Shown here in pieces: positions 46,491 through 60,795 of a DNA stretch of 64,000 nt. Source of the stretch: the human T2T-CHM13v2.0 reference genome, Homo sapiens; assembly GCF_009914755.1 (NCBI RefSeq), contig NC_060942.1; one strand, given 5' to 3'. Every line of letters starts with the position of its first letter. Position 1 is the stretch's first letter. The translations under genes were made by a program, and so were the position numbers. Below the pieces are notes generated by a model, which was not told the origin of the DNA, did not search any database, and was given only the letters and a program-made list of their open reading frames with translations.

Positions 46491-47738
46491 GGTTATCAGT
46501 CAGAATTTAATAAACAGTGGATTGAAGTATAACTTATTTGAGAGCCAACTAGTCTAAGGAAATGAATCTACGTATTAGAGGTAGGATTTTCAAAGACGCA
46601 TGAATGTTTTTGAAAATATTACCTCTGTATGACCAAAATAGCCCAACTTAAAAGACTTCCGTAAAAAAGTTGAGATGATGCCTTTAAATCTTTCCAAGTT
46701 CCTGAGAATGCCTTTCAAATTTTTAAATTCCATGGACCTCTTTCTTTCCTTGACCCCAAAATTCCTTAGGCCACCTGTTAAACTCATTTCTACTTGCCAC
46801 CTAATGAACACCCAAGGTAGTCCATGGAATTTTCTCCAATGAAAAATATAGTGGGCCCATTCCATAGTACAGCTATTCTGAAAGCTTAGCAGGGATAGAG
46901 GTATTTCTGCTATAGAGGTAAGCACTATAACAAAATGGAGGAAAAGAAACAGAATGTGGAAAAAAGAACAAAAAAAGAGATGACTAACTTTAACCTCACT
47001 TCTACACAGTCCTATTCCATGTGGAATTTCTGAAGAACAGACGAACTACAAATCTGCCTGAAATGTGCAAAAATCAAAAAAAGAGGAGAAGAATTATAAA
47101 TATTTAACTAACTATAATAATCAGAAGATGAAACAAAACAGATAATCACATCGGTGAGAATCTTTGGGCCCTTTTAACTTTATGTAAAATGGGCAGTAAT
47201 TTGGGATTTGACAAAGGGTTAACGCTGAGTTCACAGAATAAAAAGAAAAATTAATCCCCATAGATTATAAAGGAGTGAACCAATGGAATCCATGTAAATC
47301 AGTTATTTTTAGAGACTCATAGAAAATTAGTTGTTGAAATAAACTAACGAGATTTATAACTAGATTATTTTACATTAAAAACTATCTTGAAAACTACTGT
47401 CATTCAGAGATGTAATAAATACACCACAGAGAATAATGTCTCTTTTAGAGGATTTAGGGATAAACTATAAGAGGTCCTCTTAGTCTCTTACTCCAGCTAT
47501 TACTGTCTTTCCTGCTTGCTACAAAGGACATGAGGAGTGTGACAAAGTGCGAGGCTTTACATGCCCACTATTCGTTCATTTTAACTTATGATGCCCAAGA
47601 GTCCTGTATTTCGTGTCTATTAACAGAGTAATTGTTGGAAATGTTTCCATTACTGATATACTGGTTGATAATTCAAACATTAGAAAAATATAATAACTGG
47701 TGCACATAAATAAGAATAAAATCATGCTTTGGGTTTGG

Positions 47739-47954
47739 GCAGGATTTCACAACCTTAGCACTACTGATCTTTTGTGCCAGACAATTCTTTGCTGTGGAGG
47801 CTCTCCCATACATGACGTCATGTTTACCAGCACCCCTAGCCTCTACGCACTGGATTCCAGTAGCATCTAGCCCCTAGTTGTAACAATGAAAATGTCCCCA
47901 GACATCACCAAACGTTCCCTGAAGGGAAAAACTGCCATCAGTTGAGAATTACTG
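47739..47954. mobile_element. MER20 DNA transposon
   Basis: caaccttagcactactga...aattctttgctgtgg...aaaatgtccccagacat...gttgagaattactg. Confidence 0.85.
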
Positions 47955-50661
47955 AAGTAAGGGTTTATGTTACAAAAAAATAAAAGAAAACAGAACTTCC
48001 TTTAAAGGAAAATTCCAGACTCCTAGGACTGTTTCGCCCTGTAGTGCAAAGACCATGCCTAAATCATGCCAGACAGTGAGGACTCTATCCTGTTCTTAAA
48101 AAGAACTCTGCCAAGTCATTCCAAACATAAAATCATCTACAACAACCCATTCCAAACTTTAACCGCAAACTCCATTCATCTGAGTGATTTTGTGTGGGTA
48201 TGTGTAACACAGTAATGATTAGCTGTGGGATTCTGTTGGACAGGCTAAAACTGTAAAGGGGATTTAAAGACTAAACATCAGTAACTTGACAGTCGCTACT
48301 GAAATATGTGGATCTTAAGCTTTATAATTACACATTCTGTTATAACATGGCATAAAGTGATGAAGGCAATGATGTTTTTAAAATATTTTATCTTTACAGA
48401 TAATATCAACTTGGCCAAATTATACCCCAAATAATCCAGGAACAGCGCTTAGCTTTTTCTTAAACTATCCCTTTGTTCAGTATGGGGCTAGCCAGATGCT
48501 AAGAATAAAATTATAAGGAACTACCATTATTTTCAACTGAAAGGACACCAACTGCTACTATATATTCAAAGTATTGTCAGTGTCAGATTCTTCTAAGTCA
48601 CTTCAGTAAAAGATTTTCACATGGTTAAATACTGAAAGTACAATGACAACTAGATATAATAATTCAATAGTTTCACTAACAGTGGGAAAATTCATTAGTA
48701 TACATTGCAAGATAGCTTATTCATGTCTCCTTTAAAACAAAAACTCTACTCTCTGAAATCTGTTAACTGTTCAGATGAAAAATGAAAATCCTGTGTTTCG
48801 TGATAGGTAAATGGCATTGCAAATATGGCTTCTGATATAGCCTACTGGGTTACTACTTCAAAATGATATTTTCTCTCTAGTTCATAATATTGTTTTGGTT
48901 CTGTAAAATTTTTTCTAAAAGGAATATAGTTGGTTTCCATTTTGAAATTATACTTTTTGTGCATGGAAGCACATTTTAAAGCTACTTCCCATGCAGTGAA
49001 CTGGACTAGGATAAAATCAAATCGCCTAACTCAAAACTCTTGAGCATGATAGGAGAAGAAAGAAAGAAACACAGAAGGGAAGAAAAATTAATGTCAAATG
49101 GGCAACTCTTAAAAGAACTGAAATTCCAACATGCGGTATAGTGCCTAAAACTTTTATTTGTAATCAAAACTTTCCTTGCTCATAGGACACATACAGTTTT
49201 GACCATGAGTTCCCACAGAAGTGGAAAATGATGGTGCAGAAATGAAAATTTTAGCCAAAACGGATTCTAGCATAATAATAGTTGATATAGTTGATATTTC
49301 TCTAAGCTTTCACTCTAATATCTCCAAATAGGAGGTGGGAAAAGAGAAAATTTGAAAATAAGTCATCTGCTATTTACTGGAAATGTGCTGAAATGTGAGA
49401 TAGTTTGTGATTTACACATTCAATCTTGGGAGGTGATACAAAAAGGCCAATACCATTTCCACTGTCTGCCTCTCAGGAATGTATAGGCTAATTGACTACT
49501 TAGCATCTCTACCACTAGGACCAACTAAATACGGATTTTCAAGGATATCAGAAATCTTAACTTCTGGAATTTTTTTGATTATTGGAGTAGGAGATCAGAT
49601 CCTGTTTCTTATCTGTACTGGTTGAGCAAAAGAGAGCAAAGACCACATGAATCCAGAATGATTTCCTTTATCAGAACAGAGAAAGAAACCTAAGTGTAGA
49701 TATGAGAAGAAGAAAAAGGGGCAAATGCAAGATGAATAGTAGTGATGTAAGTATCACCTGGGATCACTGGATTTCCCATATGCTTTCGCATTTGTAGGAT
49801 GTGAGGTCCACATATTGTTTAAGCTATGTTCTTGCACAAGGGATTCAAGTTTCATCTTATCTGCATCCCAAATCTCACTCAAGATCTAGGCTCTTTCCTC
49901 TCTTTAATGACAGACTTAAGTTCAACAGTGGATTCTGGGCTGTGGTGATATTTAAGGCTAGAAGAAAGTCAGCTGAGTTGTTTCCTCCAGGATAAAGAGA
50001 CATACTATGATAGATGAATGTAGGTGATGGACAGAGTGGAAATGTTTAGTAATGAAAGACCTAACATTCTAGAGCCCACCAGTTTTCACCTGGAGTGACG
50101 CAAAACACAGTATGAGTGGCAGGCTGGGATGGGAATTAAAGTTAAAATACTGAAAAATGGGAATCTGATCTATGTAGAAACCTCATGGTTTCTCTTACTG
50201 ATGGAAGTCTACAGAAAATACAAACTCCTTCTTTTGGATACATCACAACAGGCCAAAGCTGACATAGGCCAGTCAATGGGAAATGAAATGCTCCTGGGTG
50301 ATGCATATAATCTACCGACTGTCACTCTGCCCTCTGCAGTACATCTTTTGAAACTACAGATAGAAAAAAAAAAAAAAAAAAAAAAACCAGGAACCACCAT
50401 GTTAAGATTCTACAACTTAAATAGGTATCTATTTATGTACCCAAGGAAGCTGACATTGTGATAAAGAAGGCACAGAGCAAAACACAATAAACAAAAGAAC
50501 AATGCCAGAGAGAATCTGGAAGAATTTACAAAGGTGATTTGAACCTGTTATGTCTTTGATCACAGAAACAATACAACTTAAGAATAATGGGTGTGTGCCA
50601 TTTTTGCACTTATTTGCAGAGTCCTTGTGTATATGCATGGAAAGACAGAGGACGAGGTTTA

Positions 50662-50889
<228 letters not shown>

Positions 50890-53587
50890 TTATAGAATAG
50901 GGTTTTTTCATATACTTGAAAATGACTGCCTGTTGTGTTATTCATCTTTGTGTTGGTTAGCTGATTACATCAGAAGACAGTCATCATTTCTTCCCAAGTG
51001 GCTCTATATTGTCAAACAAATATAAACACTTAAAAAAGTTAAAGTGTTCTTGGTAAAAATTGAACTGTAAAAGAACAACAGAGTATATTTCTACCATGAA
51101 TTATGTCAAGTCGCAAGGTAATTACTGCTAAAGGAAACATTTCTTAGAAGTCTTCTAACTGTTTTTTCTATGAAAACCAACTAAAAAGTTAAATTGTTCC
51201 TAAACTTTGGGGTGAAAAGTACTTGAGAAATTACAAAGTTGACAAGTTTTAAAAGCATGTAAAGAAGTATTAATTTTAAAAAATCTCAGATTGAAAATGT
51301 TTAATTTCATTTTTAACATATACAATAAATAGAATTAAAGTTGGAATTATAATTATATTACGGCATGCAGAGAAGATGAATCTCAAATATATAGTTCTTA
51401 GGATATTTTATTTTTATTTTTTGGTGTATAGGTATATAGCTATCTTAAACCTTCAGTAGCAATCCAAAGGGTACAAACATGCCCTAGGTAGCTATTATAT
51501 TACAGATATTTTTGAGAGTCTCTGGATTTTATAAAACGATTTATGAATTATAGAGGTTTAAAATTATATAAAGTATCTTTCAACATAAGGTTAACCTTTT
51601 GTTAACATTCTTATTAAAAACATCCCTACGGATTTTTTCATTCTCTGGGCCTATTGGCCTACAGGTTATTATTAATGATTGCTAATGTTTAGGTTTGGTT
51701 TCCCAAGCCTAAGGGAAAAGATGATCTACATTACTGCTAAATTCATTCATTTTTTCTTTGTTTCAATAGTTTAACAAAAAGTATTGAGTACTAGGTATAC
51801 ACTAGGCCATCAGCTGGCTGTTAAATGTATAGCAGATATTGCTTCCTTGAAAATAAGATTATTTTCACCATAACATTTTATATAGTAAAGGCCTATTAAA
51901 AAGTTAGGCAATAGAAAAGTTAAATCTGACACTGTATTTCGTGAAGCTCTTTTTCATTGAGTTCTTAAATCCGGAAGTTAGAATTTTGTAACTGGACTCA
52001 TTTCATATTGGGAGGAATAGTTTGCAGATTCCTCTCTTTAAGAACCATGCAAGCAAAATCATGTCTGTGATTTTGACAACTTCAGAGTTTTAACTAGAAG
52101 ATGGAAATTGAAGTTACAAATAAGAGGCCACAGTAGTGAGTTTACAATATGCCCCAGACAGTTTCTGAACATCTTTCACCTTAATTGCATATTCCTTCAA
52201 GTCTTGAATTCTCAGGGCACCAAGTACCCCTCTACTGAAAGGAAGCTGATGTGGGACAGGACCATGATGCAACTGTTTCTGTGGCCATCATGTGAAAACA
52301 CATGATTTTTTTTAAAGTTATCATTCATGTACTTGAGCTTTAGTCCTTAGATTACAGAGGTTTAAATGTCACCTTAAATTCAAATATGAAGTTCAAGATC
52401 ACTAACATTTTAAATAGATGGCACATATGACAAATAAATTGAAAACATATATCACTAAACAAGAGTCTCCTGACAATGTGATACCCTGGGTGGCAATGCG
52501 TTTAGGACTGTTAACACAGAGTACTCTGCTTGATGCAGACTTATAAAAATACATATTTTACATAAATTATGCTTTTCACAGTAAATTAATATTTATCACA
52601 TCCCATGATCTTGGCATAATGTTCTTTTGAAAGAAAGAATAGAATTAGATGTGTGCAAATTAATTGTGCTCATCAAAAATGTCAACTCAATTTTTTTTTT
52701 TTTTTTTGCTTTTCGGGTATGCATATGCAGATAAACAAATTTGTTCCCCATATTTTGTGTGGTCTGCTAGGGAAAGGAGCCTACTGATATAATCTACCTG
52801 GCCTCTCCTGCAATGTGCACCCTTCCAGAAAGCCACTTTCCTGGGCAGATAGAAAAAATATATCCTTCCGTCAATGTTTTCAATCGAAATCTGTTTTGAG
52901 TGATGGATCCTTGAGTTGCCAATCTCTGTAAGCTCCTGTAGGACAATATCTCCCACTGCTCACAAAACAGGGGACTGATGCTGAGGTAGCTACTGTTTAT
53001 AACTGAAGGTGATTAGCTTTTTGTCACGGCACAAAACGCACCCAGGTGACATAGCCTGCTGTGTCCCTTTGAGTTACACCTAGGACGGGTCACAAAGTTA
53101 AAGGACTTCTGACACACGGGCTCTATTATGCGTGGAACAAATTCTCTCTATTCCTAACAGAGCCATTCCATCCAATTTTATAGATTTCCATGGAATTTCA
53201 CACGTGAACTAACAAACTAAAAGAGCTAACACACTGAAGGGAAGGAAGATTAGTATCTTTTAATGAGAATGATTTTGAGTGTGTCCACTATATCAGGCTG
53301 CTTCCCTGGTACTCTTTGCCCCAAATGTGCTCCCCTTCCTGTGACATGGCCCTTCCTAGAGATGCATAAAGAAGGAAACCCCATGGCCCGTAGACAAGGC
53401 TTATACAAATAAGGTTTTCACACCTGGGCAAAAAGAGTTAACATTTTGCACACAGGGGTTCTTGGTAAATTCCACATCTAAATTCAGGGCATTAACTTGG
53501 TAACAAGATAATTACATTAGAAAATAAGTGCCACACACATATCAGGATGGAGCCCTTAGGGGCATCCTCCAAGTGGTTCATTCTTGA

Positions 53588-53954
<367 letters not shown>

Positions 53955-54537
53955 ACATCTTGGTCTTTTTTGAGCAGCAGAAAGGTATACGCTATCAGTA
54001 GCAAGACTACAAGCTCAGGGTGGGGGCACACATCCATGTATTTAAACATACTGGACAATTCCATAATTTCCTATATTTGTCTTCTCCCCCAAAAGTTGGG
54101 CCTTTTATCCTAAACCAGTTACTATGTTGGGACAGAGCTTTCACCATGTAATATTCCAGTCTGTGGTAGGTTACTTCATCTTGGACCCTTGTTCTTACCT
54201 ACAAATTAGTAAGTGGGTGAAAATTTTACATAAGGTTATACATTAGGCCAACTTGTTCCCAGTTGGCTAAATCCAGGATGTTCAAAACATACATGGAGCT
54301 GAACCACTTCTAAACAAACAGCTACATCGTCTTGGGGATGGTGAAGATGCTGAAATGGTTGGTCATGAGTGGAAGACCATCATAAGCATCGGCTCTAAGT
54401 GAAGCAGATCAATCTAATCTTAACCCATTACTGCTTAAAGGGGTTTAATTGTAAAGAAAGACTTAGTACAGTTTTAATTAATACATCAATTTTTAAGGAA
54501 TTCAATTCCTAAGAAGAGCATGACTTCAAAAATTCTA

Positions 54538-54855
<318 letters not shown>

Positions 54856-55812
54856 TTAAATCTGAACAAACCCTAGAAACAGTGCCCTTTCCGAACACAC
54901 TAAAACAAACACAACAAAACGAAACAAAAGCTCGGTGTATTTGTGCGAACAGAAAATAACCAGGTGTGTTATATTCCAGTTGATGTAAACCATGTCTAGT
55001 TGTAAATACACTGTATAATGCCCATAGGGTAATCCTGTGAGTCTAAGCACTTCTTTCTTTTTCTTCTAAACACAGATGGCCCATAAGCATGTGAAAATGG
55101 TAAAAACAGAAAGACATGCATCAAACCTCTTTCAAATGGTAGAGTAAAAACTCTACCTTTCAATTAAAATTTTCACTTTTACAGAGAGGAGGTAGGGAGG
55201 GGGGAGACAGAGAGAACACAAATGAACTATCCAAACCACAGAAAGTGATAAATATATCTTAGAATATTAAATTCCCATAGTGTCAGCTTTTTGCAGAGAT
55301 GCATGAAAAAGGCCATTAAAAGCCTGGATCTACATAAGACCACCAACAATCAGTGTGTGCATAGGAAGCGGGAGGAGGGAGCCCTCCTTTTTCATGCTTA
55401 TTATATTTGTGTGTACAATAAACTTAAAAAGTGTGCCAAAAACCTAATTTACTTACATTCATTTACTAATACTCATGAGACTTGGGAAACCAATTCTTTA
55501 TACAAATAGCCTGTGTATTTTCTTGTTTATGTTTTTTTTAAACAGGACAGCATAGTAGAAAAGCACAAATTCATAAGGTATAGTTTAACTTTAATTGGTT
55601 TTCCCCCTTGCCTTTTCTGCTAAATATAATTTTTTTTAATCCCCATTTTCTTTTGCTCTCAAAGTTCCTCTCTCCAGATGGTCAGAAAGACTGAAACACT
55701 GTCATCCTCTTGATGAAAATGGATACCTTCCTGCCTCCATTTTGAAGCAGGCAGCGGCTCACAAAATTGGCAGTGAGCCTACAGTGATATTCACAGGTCA
55801 CAGTAAAAGGAA

Positions 55813-55858
55813 AAGAAATTCACCAATAAAAAGGCAAGAAATTCACCAATAAAAAGGC
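55813..55858. repeat. Perfect 23-bp tandem duplication (aagaaattcaccaataaaaaggc)x2
   Basis: Direct reading of the sequence. Confidence 0.95.
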
Positions 55859-58734
55859 AGGGTTACCAAAAAATAACTCTCATTTTTTTTTACAGTGCAC
55901 ATCGAATAAACACCCCAGAAAAATTATATAATTGCTCTCAGAACACCATGAATCATAAACTAAGCATTAATACAAGGTTTAGGATTTCACAAAGGATAGG
56001 TCCACAGAGACAGATGTGGGAAAATATGCATCTACATCCATACATCAAATAAATGCTACACATGCCCCAAAGTGCCCTTGAAAATTGGGAGGTCCTGGAG
56101 CTTTAACAAAACAAAAACAAACCAGAAAAGCCCACTCGCACTTCAGAAAACAGGGATTTTTCTTAAGGCACTAATGGATACAAGCCCTATATTTCACTGG
56201 ACTTTATTTTGTAATTTTCATCACATTTTAAATGTATAAACAGTGATTTGCTTCTATTTCCAGAGGGCTTACAATAAGGAAAAAAAACTTTTTTGAGTAT
56301 TTTTAAGAAACAAAGAATAAAACTTTGGCTAGGAATCCAAAAACAAACCAATGATCTAAGTTCTGTCAACCACATCTCAGAATTTTCTTGAGAACTATTA
56401 ACTAACAAAGAGTTTGTGAATTACTACTGAAGGTATTTAGAGAAGGTCTTGAGAATAATCTAACAAGATGAAAGAAACATCACAGGAAAAAGGGAAACTG
56501 AAAACTGACGGAATGATTGTAGTGTGACTATAATATATCTACACGCTATTAGCCTGACAGCAATCTGGCCTCAGTATTAACATAAGCTAAGTGTACTATG
56601 GAATATACCCAAATTTCAGAAATCAATATATTTATTATAAAACTAAAAAGAATCTCCGACCCATATTATTAAATCATCTTATGTTTTAAAACAATTAAAA
56701 TCAATTCTTTTCATATATACTTTAATTTTAATTACATATTCTATTACATTATCCTTAAACATATATATCATTATGTCAACACCATTTGATGACACCTAAT
56801 AAGGTTTATCCTTTTTCTTTTTTTTTTTCCAATTTGGATAGAATTACTTGGCATTGCTTTTGGAAGATAAGGAAAAATCTTTGGTTAATTTTGGTTATTT
56901 ACAAGGAGGCTACTTTGACTATGAATTATAATCAAGCTCAAATATCTAAGAGTAGGTCACTTACTCCAAATTCATAAATATTGGCTGCATGGAGAAGAGT
57001 ATCTATGGAATTGAAATGTTTTTAGGATATATTATAGTATGTAATTTCTATTTTTCTGCTGTTTTAGCCAATTGAAGACTTTTTAGATAACATGAAACTC
57101 TTTGTTAATAGGCAACGGACCACTGTTTATAGTTTTTTATACAGACAATTTCTACATATTTTATACATTTTCTTTATATCATAATTTACAAATCAGATAC
57201 AATGTTATTCATCTTCCATTTAGATACTTTATCATTCTTACCTCAAAAGTTATTTTCAAGGTAAGATCTCTATATTTTTGTTTATATAAATAAATAAATA
57301 TCACATATAACTATACTTTTTTAAAGAAGGGAACCAACAAATTTTAGTTCAACCTCCCACATTTCAAATATAAGAAAACTGAATAATGAAATGGTCACAG
57401 AAACATCACTCTTATTTTTCACCATTTGATAGGGTACTTTTTTTTAGAATGGTGGCGGAGACATAGATGGTATTTATGAAAACACCATGATCATAATTTT
57501 CACAGTTCAGTTTATCTCTAATGGTTTAATTTTTCATAACCTGGATGACCAGTGAACTGCTTCATTACTTTTACTTCAGTCAACTCTTTTGCCAATTTCT
57601 CAATCAAGCTTTCAAAGTATGGGTTTCAATAAGGTATTTAATACTGACATTAAATTCAATAAGAAAAGCTCATACCCATTCAGTTTTTAGTATTATTATT
57701 CTAAGTATATAGAAAGTTTAACAACACAATTGTTAAATAAAATAGCTTTATTTAATCAATAGAATAATAACAAACATCCCAGATCTCTTCAAAGAGTTGG
57801 AATTATTTTTAATGACTAACACCAGAAAATCAGTCCAATCTAAAATGAAATAAAAATCCCAAATTCTAGTACCATGTACTAGAGTGACCCCAATGATAAA
57901 ATATGAGGAAAATCTAATGAGAAACAAATATCTATCCTTGAATTTTTCTCCAATAATACGCTTAGATCAAGGTGACTGTTGGCATTCTGATTCCTCCCAC
58001 AAGAGTAATTGAGAAGTGTGAAACTTTTGTTGCCGAATTGGAAATGGAAAGACTTGGTGAAACTCATAGGTCACAGCTCTTTTAGTAACCTATTTGTTGA
58101 GTAAAAACTTCATGGAAAACTAGTAACACAGTATATTTAACATGCAAAGTTAGCGCCATTATCTCTTCTCTTCTAATTCTGAATTTAGCAGACAATCATA
58201 CATATAGAAATCCTGAGTTTAACAAAAATCTCTAGATAACACTGAACCTTGAACTGACCAAAGTAAACAAAAATGTTTTCATTTTACAGATTTAATTTTT
58301 TTTTTTTTTGGTAATCCAAGAAGTATTACTATGGTACATTAGCTGTTCCATTCAATGTTTCCAACTATTATTTCTGCACTCATCAAAGAAAAAAAAATTT
58401 AATTTATTCTAAATAAAACCTGTGCCTAACAGAAAAGAACAAAAAGCAAGCACAGAAACCAACAAACAAAATGAAACAAAGGTATGCCTCCTACTCTTTT
58501 CCTTAAGAAGCTCTCATTTTTACTGGTCTTGGCATATCGGTTTCACTTACGGACATTTTAAAATAATAATGATTACTCATTTGTTTAGGGCCTCTTGTGG
58601 AACCACTTTGGTGGCAAGAGTTCCACATACATTATATCTAACCTTCATAATGATCACACAAGGTGGATATTATTAATAGTATCTGCCCTATTTCACAAGG
58701 CTGACGTATCATAAGAAGGTCAAGTGTATTGGCC

Positions 58735-58940
58735 CAAACCAGCTTGGGTCTGACTGCAAATTCCACCATTTATTAACTAGGCAATCTTGGACCAGTTACT
58801 TTTAACTCTGGTCCTCAGATTCCTGCTTGTAAAGTGGAAATGACAATGCCTGCTATGCAAAGTTGTTGTGAGAATTAGATGGTATAATGTGTGTAAAGAA
58901 ACTAGAATGGAACCTGGCACAGATTAATCATACAAAAAAC
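58735..58940 (+). mobile_element. MIR
   Basis: cctcagattcc...tgtaaagtgg...gttgttgtgagaattagat...acctggcacag. Confidence 0.7.
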
Positions 58941-59235
58941 ATCAGACATTAGTGCTGAAGTCTTGTTGCCATTGTTTGTATTATTTGGACAAATGTGACT
59001 CAGGAATGTTAAGCTGTCTTTCCAGGTTGCACATTTTTCAAGGGGTAAAGCAAGGATGTGAACTGATCATCAAAGTCTATGTTCTTTCCATTAAAAAATA
59101 ATTCCTTGCTTTTAAAGGGCAAAAAAGGTAAATAAAACCTATTTTAAGCTATTAACATTAGGCTATACTTGGGTCATAGTTTATAGAAATACTCTTGTGG
59201 CATCTGATAATGACCTTTTAAGAAAATAAAATATC

Positions 59236-59584
<349 letters not shown>

Positions 59585-60334
59585 TTAAGTAACCTGCTTC
59601 CTGAAGGGGAAACCTTAAATCTGAAGGAATAAAGAAAAGTGGCTTCATATCACATCACCATGTGTGGTTGGGTGGTAGCCACCTGATTGTCCAGTAGACC
59701 TTTACCACTCCTCCACGTTACTACCCCCTGGTGATTCTGCAAGTACCATCTGCATATATACTTTCCAAAGAAAAATCAGTTCAGAATCACTGAAACGTTG
59801 TAATTGAGGCTTTCAGACCCTTCAAGAGAGTTACTGTATGTTCCATGGAAAGCAGAAAACAGCAAAGCAGAATGGAGCCACAGACGCCCAAGTACTGGCT
59901 GGGCTCATTCAGTGACTCAGGCCTTGGGAGAGTTCACAGATATCCTCAACTGTGACAGTTAAACACTCAAATGCCAAGAGTTTACTGAGTGCCACTGATG
60001 TCCACAGAACTACCCATGTACTTTGATGCTTCTCTCAGCATCTACTGGGGAAATATACTTGTAGGTGATTAGCTTACTACTCAAGAAGCTGGGTTGGACC
60101 CTCAACTCTTAATATTTTTTGAAGGACATAGGCCTCAGTAAGAAAAATGAATGGTTCCAGTGCAGTGATACGTCCATATTCAGAAGAGATAAGATGGACC
60201 CTGTAACTGTCCTATGTGACCAAGATAAAGACATTGCTAACTAATCCATAAAGCAAGGAGAAGATGTACTCAGAAGACACAGCATCCGGACAGTACATAC
60301 ACAGATTTGGCAGATTACTAGAAATCACCCAGCT

Positions 60335-60520
60335 CTGGAGTCTGACCAATTAGGTTCAAATTCCAGCTCTCACAATTCCTTGCGAGGACATAACAAAGCA
60401 ATTTATCTCTCAGAACTTCAGTTATCTTATTTGTCAAATGAACCATTCTTGTGAGGATTAGGGATAATATATGTCAAACATAATTCTTAATCTGTCATGG
60501 GCCCTCAATAAATGGGATTA
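60335..60520 (+). mobile_element. MIR
   Basis: ctctggagtctgac...ggttcaaattccagctct...ttgtgaggatta. Confidence 0.7.
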
Positions 60521-60579
60521 TTAATTCTATCTCATAAGAGGTACTCATTGCTTATAATTATTTTTAACAATGGGTCTAG

Positions 60580-60795
60580 AAAGCTGCTGTCCAATCAGTA
60601 GCCATTAGTAATATGTAGTTATTTGAATTAAACTCAACCAAAGTTAAATAAAATTAAATGTTCTGTCCCTCAGTCACAGTAGCCATATTTCAAGTTCTCA
60701 ACAGCACATACAGTCACTAGTTACCATACTGAACATCACCAACACAGGACTTTCTCATCATCACAAAAAGGTCTACCGGGGAGTCCCAGTGTAGA
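60580..60795. mobile_element. MER3-like hAT-Charlie element
   Basis: gctgtccaat...agccatt...cctcagtcacagtagccatatttcaagttctcaacagcacat. Confidence 0.75.
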
